A DNA stretch of 64,000 bases from Sminthopsis crassicaudata (taxonomy: Eukaryota), in contig NC_133623.1 in assembly GCF_048593235.1 (NCBI RefSeq), forward strand, positions 57,378,066 to 57,442,065, read 5' to 3'. Position 1 is the stretch's first letter. Each line of letters opens with the position of its first letter. This document shows positions 36,400-48,318 of the stretch, one piece after another. Below the pieces are notes generated by a model. The model was not told the DNA's origin, searched no databases, and worked only from the letters and a program-made list of their open reading frames with translations. The position numbers and the translations under genes are program-made.

Positions 36400-37100
36400 T
36401 CCGGACTGGAGGCGGGGCAGGGGCCCGAAGCCTGTGCTTGTTACCCCAAGGCAGCCCAGTCCACAGCTCCGCCGCTCACAGCGACTGGCTAAAGCCTGAC
36501 CCGCGCCACGCGCTGATTGGCTGGCTGAGGTTACCGATCCGACTACAGGTGATGTTCGTCTCCTCCAGCTCCTCCTCCTCCTTACCTGCGCCCCGGGCCA
36601 TTTAAAGACCTGTGCCGCGTGACTACCAGATTAACTAGCCTCTCAGGTCTGCCTCCCGGAGTCGGCGCAGGTCCCTCCTCCCTGAACCATCTAAAAGCCC
36701 AGAGGGAGGAGGTGAGTTGGGAAGGAGAAAAGAGTTATTTTCGCTAGGGCGGGCGGAAAGGGGACCCCGCCCGGCCCCGCCCACTCGCACTCGGCTGCAT
36801 TGACAACGCTGGCGTAAAGGGACGGCAAACGCAACTGTCCCAAGCCCCTCCAGCAGCCAATCACAGCGGCCCGAGGCGGAGGAGGAGAAGAGGTGTAGGA
36901 TTGCCATGGCGACCAGGATCCAGCCTCCTGGGACTCTCCGAGGCTCCGCCTCGGAGGCACCCGAGGTTGGGGAAGGCCAGGATCTATCCTGGGCGGGGCG
37001 GGACCGGGTTCTGTGCCTCCCTTTTTCCTCCCTCCCTCTGCCGCTCCCCTCCACTTACATATACACACGCGCACGTGCACGTGTGCACACACACGTGCAC
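36400..37100 (-). promoter_or_regulatory. SERTAD3: SERTAD3 CpG promoter and non-coding exon 1 (donor CAG|GTAAGG, exon ends 36586)
   Basis: CpG island, CCAAT and GC boxes, YY1-like GCCATGGCG at about 36903, consensus donor. Confidence 0.7.
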
Positions 37101-38551
37101 GCACAGTCTGGTATCCGAGGGGATGGGAACTAACTGAGATAAAGACAGCTAGGGGAGGAGAAGGCGGGAGTAAAAACAGGAAAGACAAGATAGAAAAGGA
37201 AAAACCCTTGAGGGGGATAGACGGGAATGGAGAAAAGGGAGGAAAGGATAGAGAGACATTGACTTGGAGACGCAGAGGGAAAGAAATGTAAATAGCCACA
37301 AGTGAAATGGTTATAGACCAGGACGTCAGATTAGGTGGAGAGAGAAAAAGATCGACAGACCCCAGAGGACATAGAGGGGAGAGACCTAGGAAAAGACCCA
37401 CAAGGAAGGTGATGAAGAAGTCAAAGCAAGGAAGAAGAGGTAGGAGACAAAAGACAGAGCGAAGGAGAAACGGAGAGAAGAGTCAGAGGAGGAGAGACGG
37501 AGGGAGGGAGCCAGAAATAAAGCTGGGAGAAAGTTATTCTGTTTTTCTCTCGGCTCCCCCACCCCCCAACTAATTGTATTCACCAGGTATTAATGAGGCG
37601 TTACTGACCGCAGAGATAAGCCCACTTCTCAGATTAAATCCTGGGGAGAACAATGGGGTTTGAGAAGAAAACAAATTAGCCAGCCCTGGAGAACTTCAAA
37701 AAGTGAAATCTAAGGAGTTTAAGGCTCTGGGGCTCTTGGGTTGTGGCCCGAGATCTCAGCTGGGGGTAAATGGATTTACCCTCCCCAGCTTCTGCATCTC
37801 CCCAGAAATTGCCCAGAGAGAGACTTTCCCGTCAGAGATTAGAGAGTTCCTTGGTTCAATAGAATTTGAGGGACCTAGGACATCAGGATACACAGGAAGC
37901 AAAGCAATTCCAAGGTCCTTGCTCTGGTAACCAAGAAGTTCTCAGCCTAGGAATCTGGGATGGGAGCACTCTACTAAGAAAAGACTTCCAGGGCCGGCAG
38001 TGCTAGAAATTGGGTGCTGAATGCCCCACAATGTTGCCCTCTGAAATTTGAGCTCACTCTTCTCCCAAGCCTGGAGCATATAATATAAATTGGGGTTCAC
38101 TCTCCCACAAATACATATTTGTGGGAGAGTGAACCCCAACTTATATACTCAGTTTCTTGCCATGCCATCTATCTTCATTGATAGCTTTTTAAATGACTAA
38201 GCTTGGTTACTGCAGGTTTGTGAGTTATAGTTCTAATTTGCTTGTTTGGGGTTTTATTTTTTATTTTTATTTATTTATTTATTTATTTTAAGGAGTGAAA
38301 ACCTAAGAGAACCTTCCCTGTAGAGCAAACATTAGAAATGAACCAGAGAGGATGTTATGTGGACAAAGAAAGAGAAAGAGAGGGACAGAAGAGAGAGAAA
38401 GGGAAAGGAGAGAGGAGGGAGACTGAGAAACAGAGGTGGGGGAGACAAAGAAGGAAGAGAGGGAGAGAGAGCAGGAGAAGAAGGAGGAGGAGAGAGGGAG
38501 GGAAGAGAAGAAAGGGAGGGAAGTCCAGGAGTCCATATGACTCAGTATTTT

Positions 38552-38557
38552 TTTATT
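38552..38557 (-). terminator. BLVRB: BLVRB polyadenylation signal AATAAA
   Basis: TTTATT on + strand ~150 nt beyond the stop. Confidence 0.75.
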
Positions 38558-38707
38558 ATTCTATTTCCTGCCTTCTTCTTGTAGCCAGCCCTGGTCCTGT
38601 TCAGCAGTGGGTCATCCCTGCTTTCCAAGGACAGGACGGCCCGATGCTCCTTCTCCCTCATGATCCAGGAGAGTGGGGGCGGCACTCATGGCACCGTGCT
38701 GCCATCT

Positions 38708-38868
38708 CTAAGCATACTGATGGGAAGGGTAGACGCTATGCCCATCATACTCAGTCGTGGTGAGGCATCGAAGCATGAAGTGTCCCAGGTCATGTTTGGA
38801 GATCACTCGGAAGGGGCCCCGTCCGTCCACAGTCACGTTGTAGGCCTTTGTCAGGGGCTGGTCCCCGG
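38708..38868 (-). CDS. BLVRB: Biliverdin reductase B / flavin reductase, exon 5 ([10 protein letters not shown]...YPSHQYA*)
   Basis: cccactgcAG acceptor, 161 nt, phase 1; [16 protein letters not shown] motif. Confidence 0.95.
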
Positions 38869-39169
38869 CTGCAGTGGGAAGAGGAAGAAAAAGCATCTTG
38901 GAGCTCAACTGCCCTTTGCTCTCTTGCCCTGTCCAGAAAGGGAGATGGATGTGCTCTGGGTTCTAAATGAGGGCATGTCCTGGAGACTGTGGAGACTCAG
39001 AATCAGGATTATAACGGGCAAGACCAAAGCTCCAAGGCCACTTCCACCATGTGGAAGGGTCTCACAGGTTTTCAGATGAGCTAAGCATCCTTCCCCCCAC
39101 CCCCCAGGAAGTCTTTAAGGAGGGATGAACAAGGAAGAGCCCAGAGCCCCCTCTCCCGAAGTCACCGAC

Positions 39170-39298
39170 CAATATGTGGGGGCATCACAGCCACATAGTT
39201 CAGACCCGACTCCAGCAGCAGCTTATGCATCCGGATGTGGTCATCAGTCACCGCCTGGAGCCGGGCAGGGACCTGAGCTGGGTCCCACAAGAGGAAAG
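39170..39298 (-). CDS. BLVRB: BLVRB exon 4 (AFLLWDPTQVPARL...VAVMPPHI)
   Basis: ctttctgcAG acceptor, G|GTCGGT donor, 129 nt. Confidence 0.95.
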
Positions 39299-39416
39299 CT
39301 GCAGAAAGAGCAAGAGCGGAACAGCGTCACAGACTGGAGTGGGCATCCCTGGCCCACTACCCCGAGGAGCGGGCACACATCATCCATGAAAGACTCCTAG
39401 TGATGGGGAGCTCATT

Positions 39417-39420
<4 letters not shown>

Positions 39421-39450
<30 letters not shown>

Positions 39451-39580
39451 GAGGCAATTGGGGTTAAGTGACTTGCCCAGGGTCATACAGCTAGAAGTGT
39501 TAAGTGTCTGAGGTCACATTTGAACTCAGATCCTCCTGACTTCAGGGCTGGTGCTCTATCCACTGCGCCCCCTAATTGCC
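39421..39580 (-). mobile_element. WSINE1-like tRNA-headed SINE with poly-A tail
   Basis: Reverse complement of GGCAATTAGGGGGCGCAGTGGATAGAGCACCAGCCC...GTTCAAATG; CTCATTCCCT on both flanks (TSD). Confidence 0.85.
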
Positions 39581-39940
39581 GCTAACTCATTCCCTCTTAA
39601 GGCAGGATGTTTCATGTCTGGACAACACTCAGCGTTAGGAAGTTTGGGGGTCTCCCCCCATTAGTGAATTTCTTTTTAGCAGTTTTTAATTCATGAAGAA
39701 ATTAAAGATAGTTATATAAGAAAAGAAGAAAATTATAGAAATACAAAAAGATAAAAAAAAAAAAATCTCAACACCTAAATAATTGGGCTTAATTGTGTTC
39801 CGTCCCAATAAGCTCTATATAAGTTTAGATAAAACTTTGATGATGGTAGATTATGTCCAGTAGTGCAGAAGAGAGCCTTCCACAGTTTCTCATATACTTT
39901 CTCACTCTTTCAGGTTTTGTCCATTTTGTGTGTGTTCCAG

Positions 39941-40070
39941 GGAGATGGGGTAAAGTGACTTGCCCAGGGTCACACAACTAGGAAGTGTTAAGTGTCTGAG
40001 ATTAGAGTTGAACTCGGGTCCTCCTGACTCCATTGCCGGTGTTCTAGCCACTGGGCCACTTAGCTGCCCC
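39941..40070 (-). mobile_element. WSINE1-like SINE (more diverged)
   Basis: Same head/CORE layout ending in tagctgcccc. Confidence 0.8.
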
Positions 40071-40199
40071 TGTCCGTATTTTCATTAGGCAGTTTTTGCT
40101 TGTTTGTTGGCTCTAAGGTCGATTTGGAATCTGCCTCTCTGAAGCTTCTCCTACCCAAAGCGCTTAATTTTCCCATCTAGGGGAAAACAGAATAAGTCT

Positions 40200-40690
40200 A
40201 ATTTCTCTTTCTTGAAATAATAATAGTAATTACAGCTAACATTTATATATAGACTTACTATGTGCCAGATGCTGCACTAAGCACTTTATAAGTTTATCTC
40301 ACTTGATAATAATGATAACATTTATGTAGCACCTACTGTGTGCCAGGCAATGTGCTCAGCATTTTATCAATATTAACTCACTGAATAATGATAATAATAG
40401 ATAAGATTTATATAGTGCCTACTATGTGCCAGGCACTGTGCTAGGTGCTTTACAAATATCCCCTAATAATGATAATAACAGCTAACATTTATATGATAAT
40501 AATAAGAGCTAACATTTATATAGTACCTACTATGTTCCAGGCAATATGATAAGTGCTTTTACAAACTGTATCTCCTTTGCTCCTCACAACCACTTTGGGA
40601 AACAGGTACTGTTTTCTTCATTTTACACATGGGGAAACTGAGGCAAACAAGTTCATCGACTTGTTCAAGGTCACACAACTAGAAAGTTTC
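40200..40690 (-). mobile_element. MIR-like SINE with its 3' tail tandemly reiterated about 4 times
   Basis: aataataacagctaacatttatatag..cctactatgtgccaggcactgtgct repeated, then ggggaaactgaggca CORE. Confidence 0.7.
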
Positions 40691-40981
40691 TAAAGACTTC
40701 CTCCCTCCAAATCTGGCCAATCTTAAAAGACAGTTAAATATCCTAAGCTCCCCAACCCTGCCCCCCATCCTAGCTAAGTATCTCCAGATCAGTCACCTTG
40801 CCTGGTCTCTAGACAACTTTCCAGTTTGGCTGCCCTTTTCTGTATCCCCTCAATCAAGATTGGAGGATGACACTCATGACCTTTTTCAGATTCCCCCACT
40901 TTTTCCAGTGTTCCCCCACCCCCCAATCTTCTGTGGGCTAGCTAAGGCCCCCGGAAGGTCCAAAGTCCCCGCTCCACCCAC

Positions 40982-41071
40982 CCGAGGTGCAGGCCACGAC
41001 CTTGAACACGCCGTGGACCTTCATGGCAGCCACAATATTCTGGGTGCCCTCCGACATCACGGTGGTGGGAC
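40982..41071 (-). CDS. BLVRB: BLVRB exon 3 ([14 protein letters not shown]...VVACTS)
   Basis: ccctccaAG acceptor, G|GTGGGT donor, 90 nt. Confidence 0.95.
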
Positions 41072-41210
41072 CTTGGAGGGGAGGACAGAGAGTGACGGTC
41101 ACTTGTTGGAGGGGGTGGAGGCAGCGGGAGTGGTGGAGGTGGTGGGGGTGGTCGTGGCTGAGGGGGCCGGGGCACAGGGACAGGCCGGGGGCACAGGGGA
41201 GGTTCAGTAC

Positions 41211-41375
41211 TCAGGTCGCTGCCGGTGCCCAGCAATATAATGACAGCATCCTGCCCGGCCACGGTCTCCTCCACATTGGTTGCTTTGAGGACATCACCCA
41301 CCACCACCCGGGCTGGCTGGGGACCGTCAGATGGTAGCTTGGAGGCATCCCTCACCAGCACTGTCACTTCATAAC
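41211..41375 (-). CDS. BLVRB: BLVRB exon 2 ([10 protein letters not shown]...LLGTGSDL)
   Basis: cgtctAG acceptor, A|GTACTG donor, 165 nt. Confidence 0.95.
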
Positions 41376-41712
41376 CTAGACGTGGACGAGAGACAAAAAG
41401 ATAAACAGAGAGGTCAGGGGGGGTCTGGGAACCAGGAGCCCAAGACTCTGTCACTTAGAATGACTCAATGTCAACCAACCAAGTAGAATTTATTAAACCT
41501 CTACTCTATGTCAGGGACTGTGCTAAGGACGCAAAGAAGGGAAAAGACAAAGCTTTCTTTGGGAGCTGGAAATCTAATGGGAGGGGAGGGGACACAACAT
41601 GCAAACAAGGATGTCCAAATGACACATAAACAGGATGTATCAGGAGTAGCCTCAAAGGAAGGCTAAGATCAAGGAGTCCCCCAAGAGATCATGCAGATCA
41701 AGTCACAACTCC

Positions 41713-41845
41713 NNNNNNNNNNNNNNNNNNNNNNNNNNNNNNNNNNNNNNNNNNNNNNNNNNNNNNNNNNNNNNNNNNNNNNNNNNNNNNNNNNNNNNNN
41801 NNNNNNNNNNNNNNNNNNNNNNNNNNNNNNNNNNNNNNNNNNNNN
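41713..41845. other. Assembly gap (133 N)
   Basis: N run. Confidence 1.
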
Positions 41846-42404
41846 GACTAACATTGTATGAGAAGCAAGGATGGTATAGAAAGCAAGTTCTAAATTTGGA
41901 GTCAGAGACCCCGGATTCAAATGCTATCTCTGAAACCTTTACCAGCAAAGTGACCCTGAACAACTTAACCTGTTTGCCTCAGTTTCCTCATCTGTAAAAT
42001 TAAGGAGTCAGACTAGATGGCCTTTGAGTCCATCTCCGTTCTAGTTCTAGGATCCTGTGACCCCAGTTCTCTGGAGAGGTAAATAATGCATGCAGGAGAC
42101 CAGAGACGAGGATCTGAACTCAAGGTTACTGAATAGCACAAAACCAGAATTCTCTTCCTTTCCACCTACACCAAGCAGGCTCTTACTAGTTAAATAACGC
42201 CCATTTCTAGAAAGGGCTTTCCTCTCGGGAGGAAGGCCAGACAGCGCATTTTACAGAGGAGGACACTGAGGCCCAGGGACTTGTCCAAGAGTTTTCCGAT
42301 GAGTCTGTGTTGGAACTGGCACTCAGACCCCAGGTCTCTCTTTCCTCAGTTCCAAGGCACCAGGCTCCCCCTAAAACAGAGGCTCCTTGGGGCTCTCCTT
42401 AACT

Positions 42405-42955
42405 TAGTGATACGTGAAAGAAATGACCAGCAGGAGGATTTCAGAGAGGCCTGGAGAGACTCACAGGAACTGATGCTGAGTGAAATGAGCAGGACCAGGA
42501 GATCACTGTACACTTCAACAATGATACTATATGATGAGAAATTCTGATGAACGTGGCCCTCTCCAACAATGAGATGTAACAAATCAGTTCCAATAAAGCA
42601 GTAATGAACTGAACCAGCTACACCCAGCCAAAGAACTCTGGGAGACGACTATGAACCACTACATAGCATTCCCAATCCCTCTATTTTTGTCCGCCTTCAT
42701 TATTTATTTTCTTCACAGGCTAATTGTAACTGTTTCAAAGTGCGATTCTTTTTGTACAGCAAAACTACGGTTTGGACACGTATACATATATTGTACTTAA
42801 CTTATACTTTCACATATTTAACATGTATTGGTCGACCTGCCATCTGGGGGGAGGAAGGAGGGGAAAAATTGGAACAAAAGTTTTGGCAATTGTCAATGTA
42901 GTAAAATTTCCCATGCATATATCTGGTAAATAAAAACTATAATTAAAAAAAAATC
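42405..42955 (+). mobile_element. L1 3' fragment (ORF2 end, 3'UTR, poly-A)
   Basis: RNDQQEDFREAWRDSQELMLSEMSRTRRSLY is typical of the marsupial L1 ORF2 C-terminus; AATAAA and A-tail. Confidence 0.88.
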
Positions 42956-43599
42956 ATAGAGCTATGTGAAACTAAGGTCTGGGGGGGTCAAGATGTCCAG
43001 ACTCCCACACCCCATCATGTGCCTTAGCTCCCAGGGTGCAATCCCAATGGTGAGCAGTAGGGAGGGAGAAGGAGGGGGCAGGAGGAAGTTGGGAAAGGAA
43101 TGACTCAGCAACTCCCAGCTTCCTCCCCTCCCCACATTGCCCCCCTACTCTCGAAATCCTAGTCAGCAAGAACATCTCCTCTTTCTGCTTCCTCTCCATA
43201 TCCCATGTCACCAAAGGGCATCCCTTGGACATTGGGGGATGGGAGGGGTGTTGGTCCGCGTTAGGGAGTGTCATTTCCAAGGTGCCCAAGCTAGATACCA
43301 GGGGCACAGCCCCCACCGGTGTGGGGCCCTCAGATACCCGTTATCTAGCTCACCGCCTGGGCCCTCATTCGCGCTGGCTGCCAGGTGGTCTATCTGTGGA
43401 CTAGGCAGGGAGCCGGTCCCCTCCTGTTCTCCCCAAAGGGAGCCGCTGCCCCTCTTCCGCATTCAGCTTCTGCTCCCAGCCCCACGGGGTCCCCTTCCAG
43501 CAGTTGCCACAGTAAATCACTGTGTCCCAGGCCGGGCCCCCATCTGACTTTGCCTCTAGATCTGTGTTTTCCCAAGACATCTTGTGGACGTCCCAGAAA

Positions 43600-44700
43600 G
43601 CCAAGCGCTCTCTCTGGGCCGGCCTTGCCCCTCTGCCCGTCCGCACGTGCCCTCGCAAAGATCCCGGGCCCTAAAGAATCCCCCCCATGTCCTCCAGAGT
43701 CCCCTGCTCCCGCCTCCGACGGCCCAGAGTCTCCTGCGTCCTACCCTGCCCCCCATTTCCAGGTTTCCCCAGAACCCCGCGCCCCCTCCCCGTGCCTTCT
43801 CCGGGCACCCGTGTCAGTCTGTCCCAGCTCAGCCTCCCAGTGCCCGCTCTTGCCCCAGTACCCTTTGCCCCGTCCCATGCCCTCCCGACCCAGAGCCTCT
43901 CCGGTCTCCCGCTGCTCTCCAGAGCCCTCGGTTTTCTGTGCCCCTCCCTCCGCGTCCTCTCCCCCCCCCCGCCCTTCTCTGCGCCCCCAGAGCCCCCCGG
44001 GCTGCTCCCATCAGAGAGAGCCCGCCCCCAGTCCCCGCGCCCCCGCCCCGTGCCTGCTTGCACAGCCTGCGCCAGGGTGGCGAGCCCGGTCCGGCCGGTG
44101 GCTCCAAAGATCGCGATCTTCTTGACGGTCATGCTGCCGGGGCCCGGGGAGGGGGACAAAAATCGCGCCTCGCGGCGAAACGTCGGACCCGGATCTAAAG
44201 CCCCGAGCTCGGGTCGCCTGCCCCCAGCCTCAACCGGGCCCCGCCTCCTTGGGGGGCGTGTCCTCGAGAAGGCCCCGCCTCCGGACAGACTCCGCCCACG
44301 GCCCGCCTCCTCAGCCGGGGGAAAGCCGTCCTCAGCCCTCCAGCTTTACTTTAAAGGTCCCTGTAGTAGACAAAGTCCATTTCTGGGCGTCCGGCTCACT
44401 CAGAGAGATCCTCCACACCTTTAGTTTACAGGTGAGGAAACTGAGGCACAACTCAATTTAAAGCCAATTCACCTCAGCCAGTCAGTCAGTGCAAGGCAGA
44501 AACAAAGCCATCCCCACCTTCCAAGAGCTTGTTTTTCGGGCAAAGCCCAGGACAAAGGGCGGAGAATATTTGTATTTCCCTCGCTCTCTCCCTCGGGCTC
44601 CACGTTCCGAAGAGATAGTTCCTAAAGCAGAGTCCGCACTTCGCCCTCCCCTGCGCAACAATTACCAGTGGCTCTCTCTTCCCTCCGGAATCGGATGCAA
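43600..44700. promoter_or_regulatory. BLVRB: BLVRB CpG island/promoter with GC boxes
   Basis: CpG-rich, several CCCGCC boxes at 44238-44310. Confidence 0.65.
44054..44132 (-). CDS. BLVRB: BLVRB exon 1 (MTVKKIAIFGATGRTGLATLAQAVQA); spliced protein 207 aa
   Basis: Rossmann GATGRTG motif; 79 nt phase 1; donor is AG|GCACGG (GC-AG intron). Confidence 0.93.
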
Positions 44701-45460
44701 AGCTCTGTCAAAACTGGGCTCCGACCTCTTTCTGGGGGCTGCCACAGGTTTCTGCTTCTGTGGCTGTTCCGTTCCGTGTCTCTGTTTTTTTTTTTGTTTT
44801 TTTATGTCTGTTAGAATCTCTCTGTCTCATGCTCTCTGGATGTAAGGTGGTGGGCTTGAGAGGAAGACGTAAGCTGTTTTTATCCCTAACAACTAGCACG
44901 GTGCCCCGCATATCCGGGTAAATAATTTCTGTATTGGCTTGGAACTGAGTGGAGATGGAGGGGGATGGGTAGAGAGGGAAAGAATGGAGGAGGACCTGAA
45001 GGGGACAAGAGGGGGATGGAGCACTGGGGAGAACCGGGCAAGTTTGTTGGAAGAACATACTTAGATCCAAAGAAACGCGTTCCCTTTGAGGGCTAGGAGG
45101 ATGTCCACAAGGAGCTGTCCAGCAGATAATGCAGGAGAGAGAGTAGGGTTGCAAGTTGAGGTTGGGGAATCATCTGTAGAGACCTCATTGAACCTATGGG
45201 GGCAAGGGAGATCATTAAGAAAGAGCATGGGGGAGAATTAGTCCCGGGACGTAACCTTGGGGAATTCCTGCAATTAGTGTTAGAAGATGGATGACAATTT
45301 AGCAGACTAATGAAGAGGTCTGACGAGTAAGAGGAACACCGGGGGAGGGCGGTGTCAGGAAAATCAAGGAAAGAACATGTTGAAGGGCATGGTTGATGGT
45401 GTCCCAGGCTGCAGAGAGGCAGAGAAGAATAAGGACTAAGAGAATAAAGATTTATAATCA

Positions 45461-45551
45461 CACAGGGATAATGTTGTGAAAAATTACCTATGCATATGTA
45501 CTGTCAAAAAATGTTATAATTATAAAATTAATTAAAAAAAAAAAAAAAAAA
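45461..45551 (+). mobile_element. Extremely 5'-truncated L1 3' end with poly-A
   Basis: aaaattacctatgcatatgtactgtcaaaaaatgttataattataaaattaattaaaa(A)n; same 3' end type as the element at 45921. Confidence 0.75.
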
Positions 45552-45561
45552 AAGACTTACA

Positions 45562-45706
45562 GGGGCAGCCAGGTGGCGCAGTAGATAGAGTACCAGCCCT
45601 GAATTCAGGAGGACTTGAGTTCAAATCTGCCCTCAGACACTTAACACTTTCCAGTTGTGTGTGACCCTGGGCAAGTCACTTAACCCCAGCCTGGTGGGGG
45701 GGTGGG
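45562..45706 (+). mobile_element. WSINE1-like SINE with G-rich tail and TSD AAGACTTACA
   Basis: GGGGCAGCCAGGTGGCGCAGTAGATAGAGTACCAGCCCTGAATTCAGGAGGACTTGAGTTCAAATC; A and B boxes; TSD at 45552-45561 and 45707-45716. Confidence 0.92.
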
Positions 45707-45920
45707 AAGACTTACAATCAGTAATTGATAACCTTGGGAAAAGCAATCTCGGTTGAGTTTTAAGATTCAAAGTCAAGTTACAAATGATTGAGAAATGAAG
45801 AGATGGTGAGAGAATGAAGGGATGATGGTTTTACTAAGCTATGAAAGGGATATAGAAATATAGAACAATAATTTAAGGGGAAGACAGTTAAATGAAAGTT
45901 TTTCAGGGATGGGAAGTTTT

Positions 45921-47351
45921 TAAAAATTTTTTTTAAATTTTTAAAAATTTATTTTTATTTTTTTTTAATTTTATTTATAAATTTTTTGACAGTATATATG
46001 CATAAGTAATTTTTTATAACATTATCCCTTGTATTCATTTTTCCAAATTATCCCCTCCCTCCCTCTACTCCCTCCCCTTGATGACAGGCAATCCCATACA
46101 TTTTACATGTGTTACAGTATAACCTAGATACAATATATGTGTGTAAATCAAATTTTCTTGTTGCACATTAAATATTAGATTCCGAAGGTATAAGTAACCT
46201 GGGTAGATAGACAGTAGTGCTAATATTTTACATTCACTTCCCAGTGTTCCTTCTCTGGTTGTTTCTGCCCATCATTGATCAACTGGAAGTGAGTTGGATC
46301 TTCTTAATGTTGAAGATATCCACTTCCATCAGAATACCTCTTCATACAGCACTGAAGTGTACAGCGATCTTCTGGTTCTATTCATTTCACTCAGCATCAG
46401 TTGATGTAAGTCTCTCCAAGCCTCTCTGTATTCCTCCTGCTGGTCATTTCTTACAGAGCAATAATATCTCATAACCTTCATATACCATAATTTATCCAAC
46501 CATTCTCCAATGGATGGGCATCCATTCAACTTCCAGTTTCTGGCCACTACAAAAAGCCACAAACATTTTGGCACATACAGGCCCCTTTCCCCTCTTTAGT
46601 ATTTCTTTGGGATATAAGCCCAATAGCAGCACTGCTGGATCAAAGGGTATGCACAGTTTGATAACTTTTTGGGCATAGCTCCAAATTGCTCTCCAGAATG
46701 GCCGGATTCTTTTACAACTCCACCAACAATGTATTAGTGTCCCAGTTTTCCCACATCCCCTCCAACATTTATCATTATTTGTTCCTGTCATCTTAGCCAA
46801 TCTGACAGGTGTGTAGTGGTATCTCAGAGTTGTCTTAATTTTCATTTCTCTGATTTGGAACACTCTTTCATATGAGTGGATATAATTTCAATATCATCAT
46901 CTGAGATCCTTTGACCATTTATCAATTGGAGAATGGTTTTGATTTCTTATAAATCAGGGTCAGTTCTCTATATATTTTGGAAATGAGACCTTTATCAGAC
47001 CCTTTAACTGTAAAAATATTTTCCCAATTTGTTACTTCCCTTCTAATCTTGTTTGCATTAGTATTGTTTGTGCAGAAACTTTTTAGTTTGATGTAATCAA
47101 AATCTTCTATTTTGTGATCAATAATGATCTCTAGTTCTCCTCTGGTCATAAATTCCTTTCTCCTCCACAGGTCTGAGAGGTAGACTATTCTCTGTTCCTC
47201 TAATCTATTTATGATCTCATTCTTTATGCCTAAGTCATGGACCCATTTTTATCTTATCTTGGTATATGGTGTTAAGTGTGGATCCATATCTAATTTCTGT
47301 CATACTAATTTCCAGTTTTCCCAACAGTTTTTTCGAAATAATGAATTTTTA
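45921..47351 (-). mobile_element. 5'-truncated L1 (about 1.4 kb; ORF2 C-terminal Cys-rich region plus 3'UTR)
   Basis: ORF pieces [15 protein letters not shown]...[16 protein letters not shown] and YIKLKSFCT...DKGLISKIY; TSD AGGGATGGGAAGT at 45905-45917 and 47352-47364. Confidence 0.95.
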
Positions 47352-48318
47352 AGGGATGGGAAGTCTTAAGCATGTTTGTAGGTGGTGGAGGAGAGACAGA
47401 GGAGAAGAAAACACAGAGAGTGAGAGAGTTGAAAGAGCCAAAGGGGCAAAGCTCCTGGATATGGGAGAGGTGGGAAGTAAGGGCACATGTGGAGAAATTG
47501 GCCTTGGCCAAGAAGAGGACTACCTCTTTCTCACAGACTAGAGTAAGAGAAAGGAGAGTGTGGGGGGGTCATGAGGAAGGGTTTTGAGGTATTAAATAGG
47601 GAAGAAAAGAGCTCTGATGGTGAATGACCTTGATTTTCTTAGCAAAGTAGAGGTGAGACTCATGTGGGAGTGGGGGAATAAGGAAGAGGAGAGTCTGAGA
47701 AAAGAAAACTACTGGGAATTTAATTTTAAAAAAAAAGTCAGTGAGAGAATACAAAAAATTATATATGCAACAGGGATGATCTAGTCCTGATCAGACATCA
47801 TGAGGTTTTTCAGCCAGCGTGGTTGAATGGTTTTCCCCAGGAGTGTGTAGAATATGAGGAATGGAGAAGGAGGGTAGAAGGGTGGGCCAAATTTGTAGTT
47901 CAGCAAAGCAAGAGAAAGGTGTAAGGGATCGATTCAAAGGTAAAGGAAATGTGAAATTCAACTGGTCGTTCATAGAATTCAAGAGTGTAAAGGGAAGGAA
48001 AGTAGAGCCAAAGTGGGAAAATGAACTGAGAGAAGAGGGAAGGGGAAACACTGGAAGTTTTGATATAGTTTTGAGTAGGTCTGAGGAAGATGGAAGGCCA
48101 TGATCAGAGAGAGGAATTTCAGTGTTGAAAGTTATGGAGATAACATAATGGTGGGTGATTGTGAACCTTCAACTGCAGGTGACCAAGCTGTGTGTCCCCA
48201 AGGTGGAGGGACATTGTAAGTCACGGAAAATGAAGAGGCTGAGGAAATACTGATTTTGCAATAGTCGGCCTTTAGGGTTTTTTGTTTGAGGAGTTTAGTC
48301 TCTGACTTTTATCTTCCT

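Noticed and set aside
41190-41230. BLVRB GTGSDL instead of human GTRNDL (Arg78, NADP phosphate contact)
   Set aside because: As recalled, mouse also has Gly here, so it is not specific to this lineage.
45562-45640. tRNA-like A/B boxes
   Set aside because: They belong to SINE heads followed by CORE sequence and TSDs; not tRNA genes.
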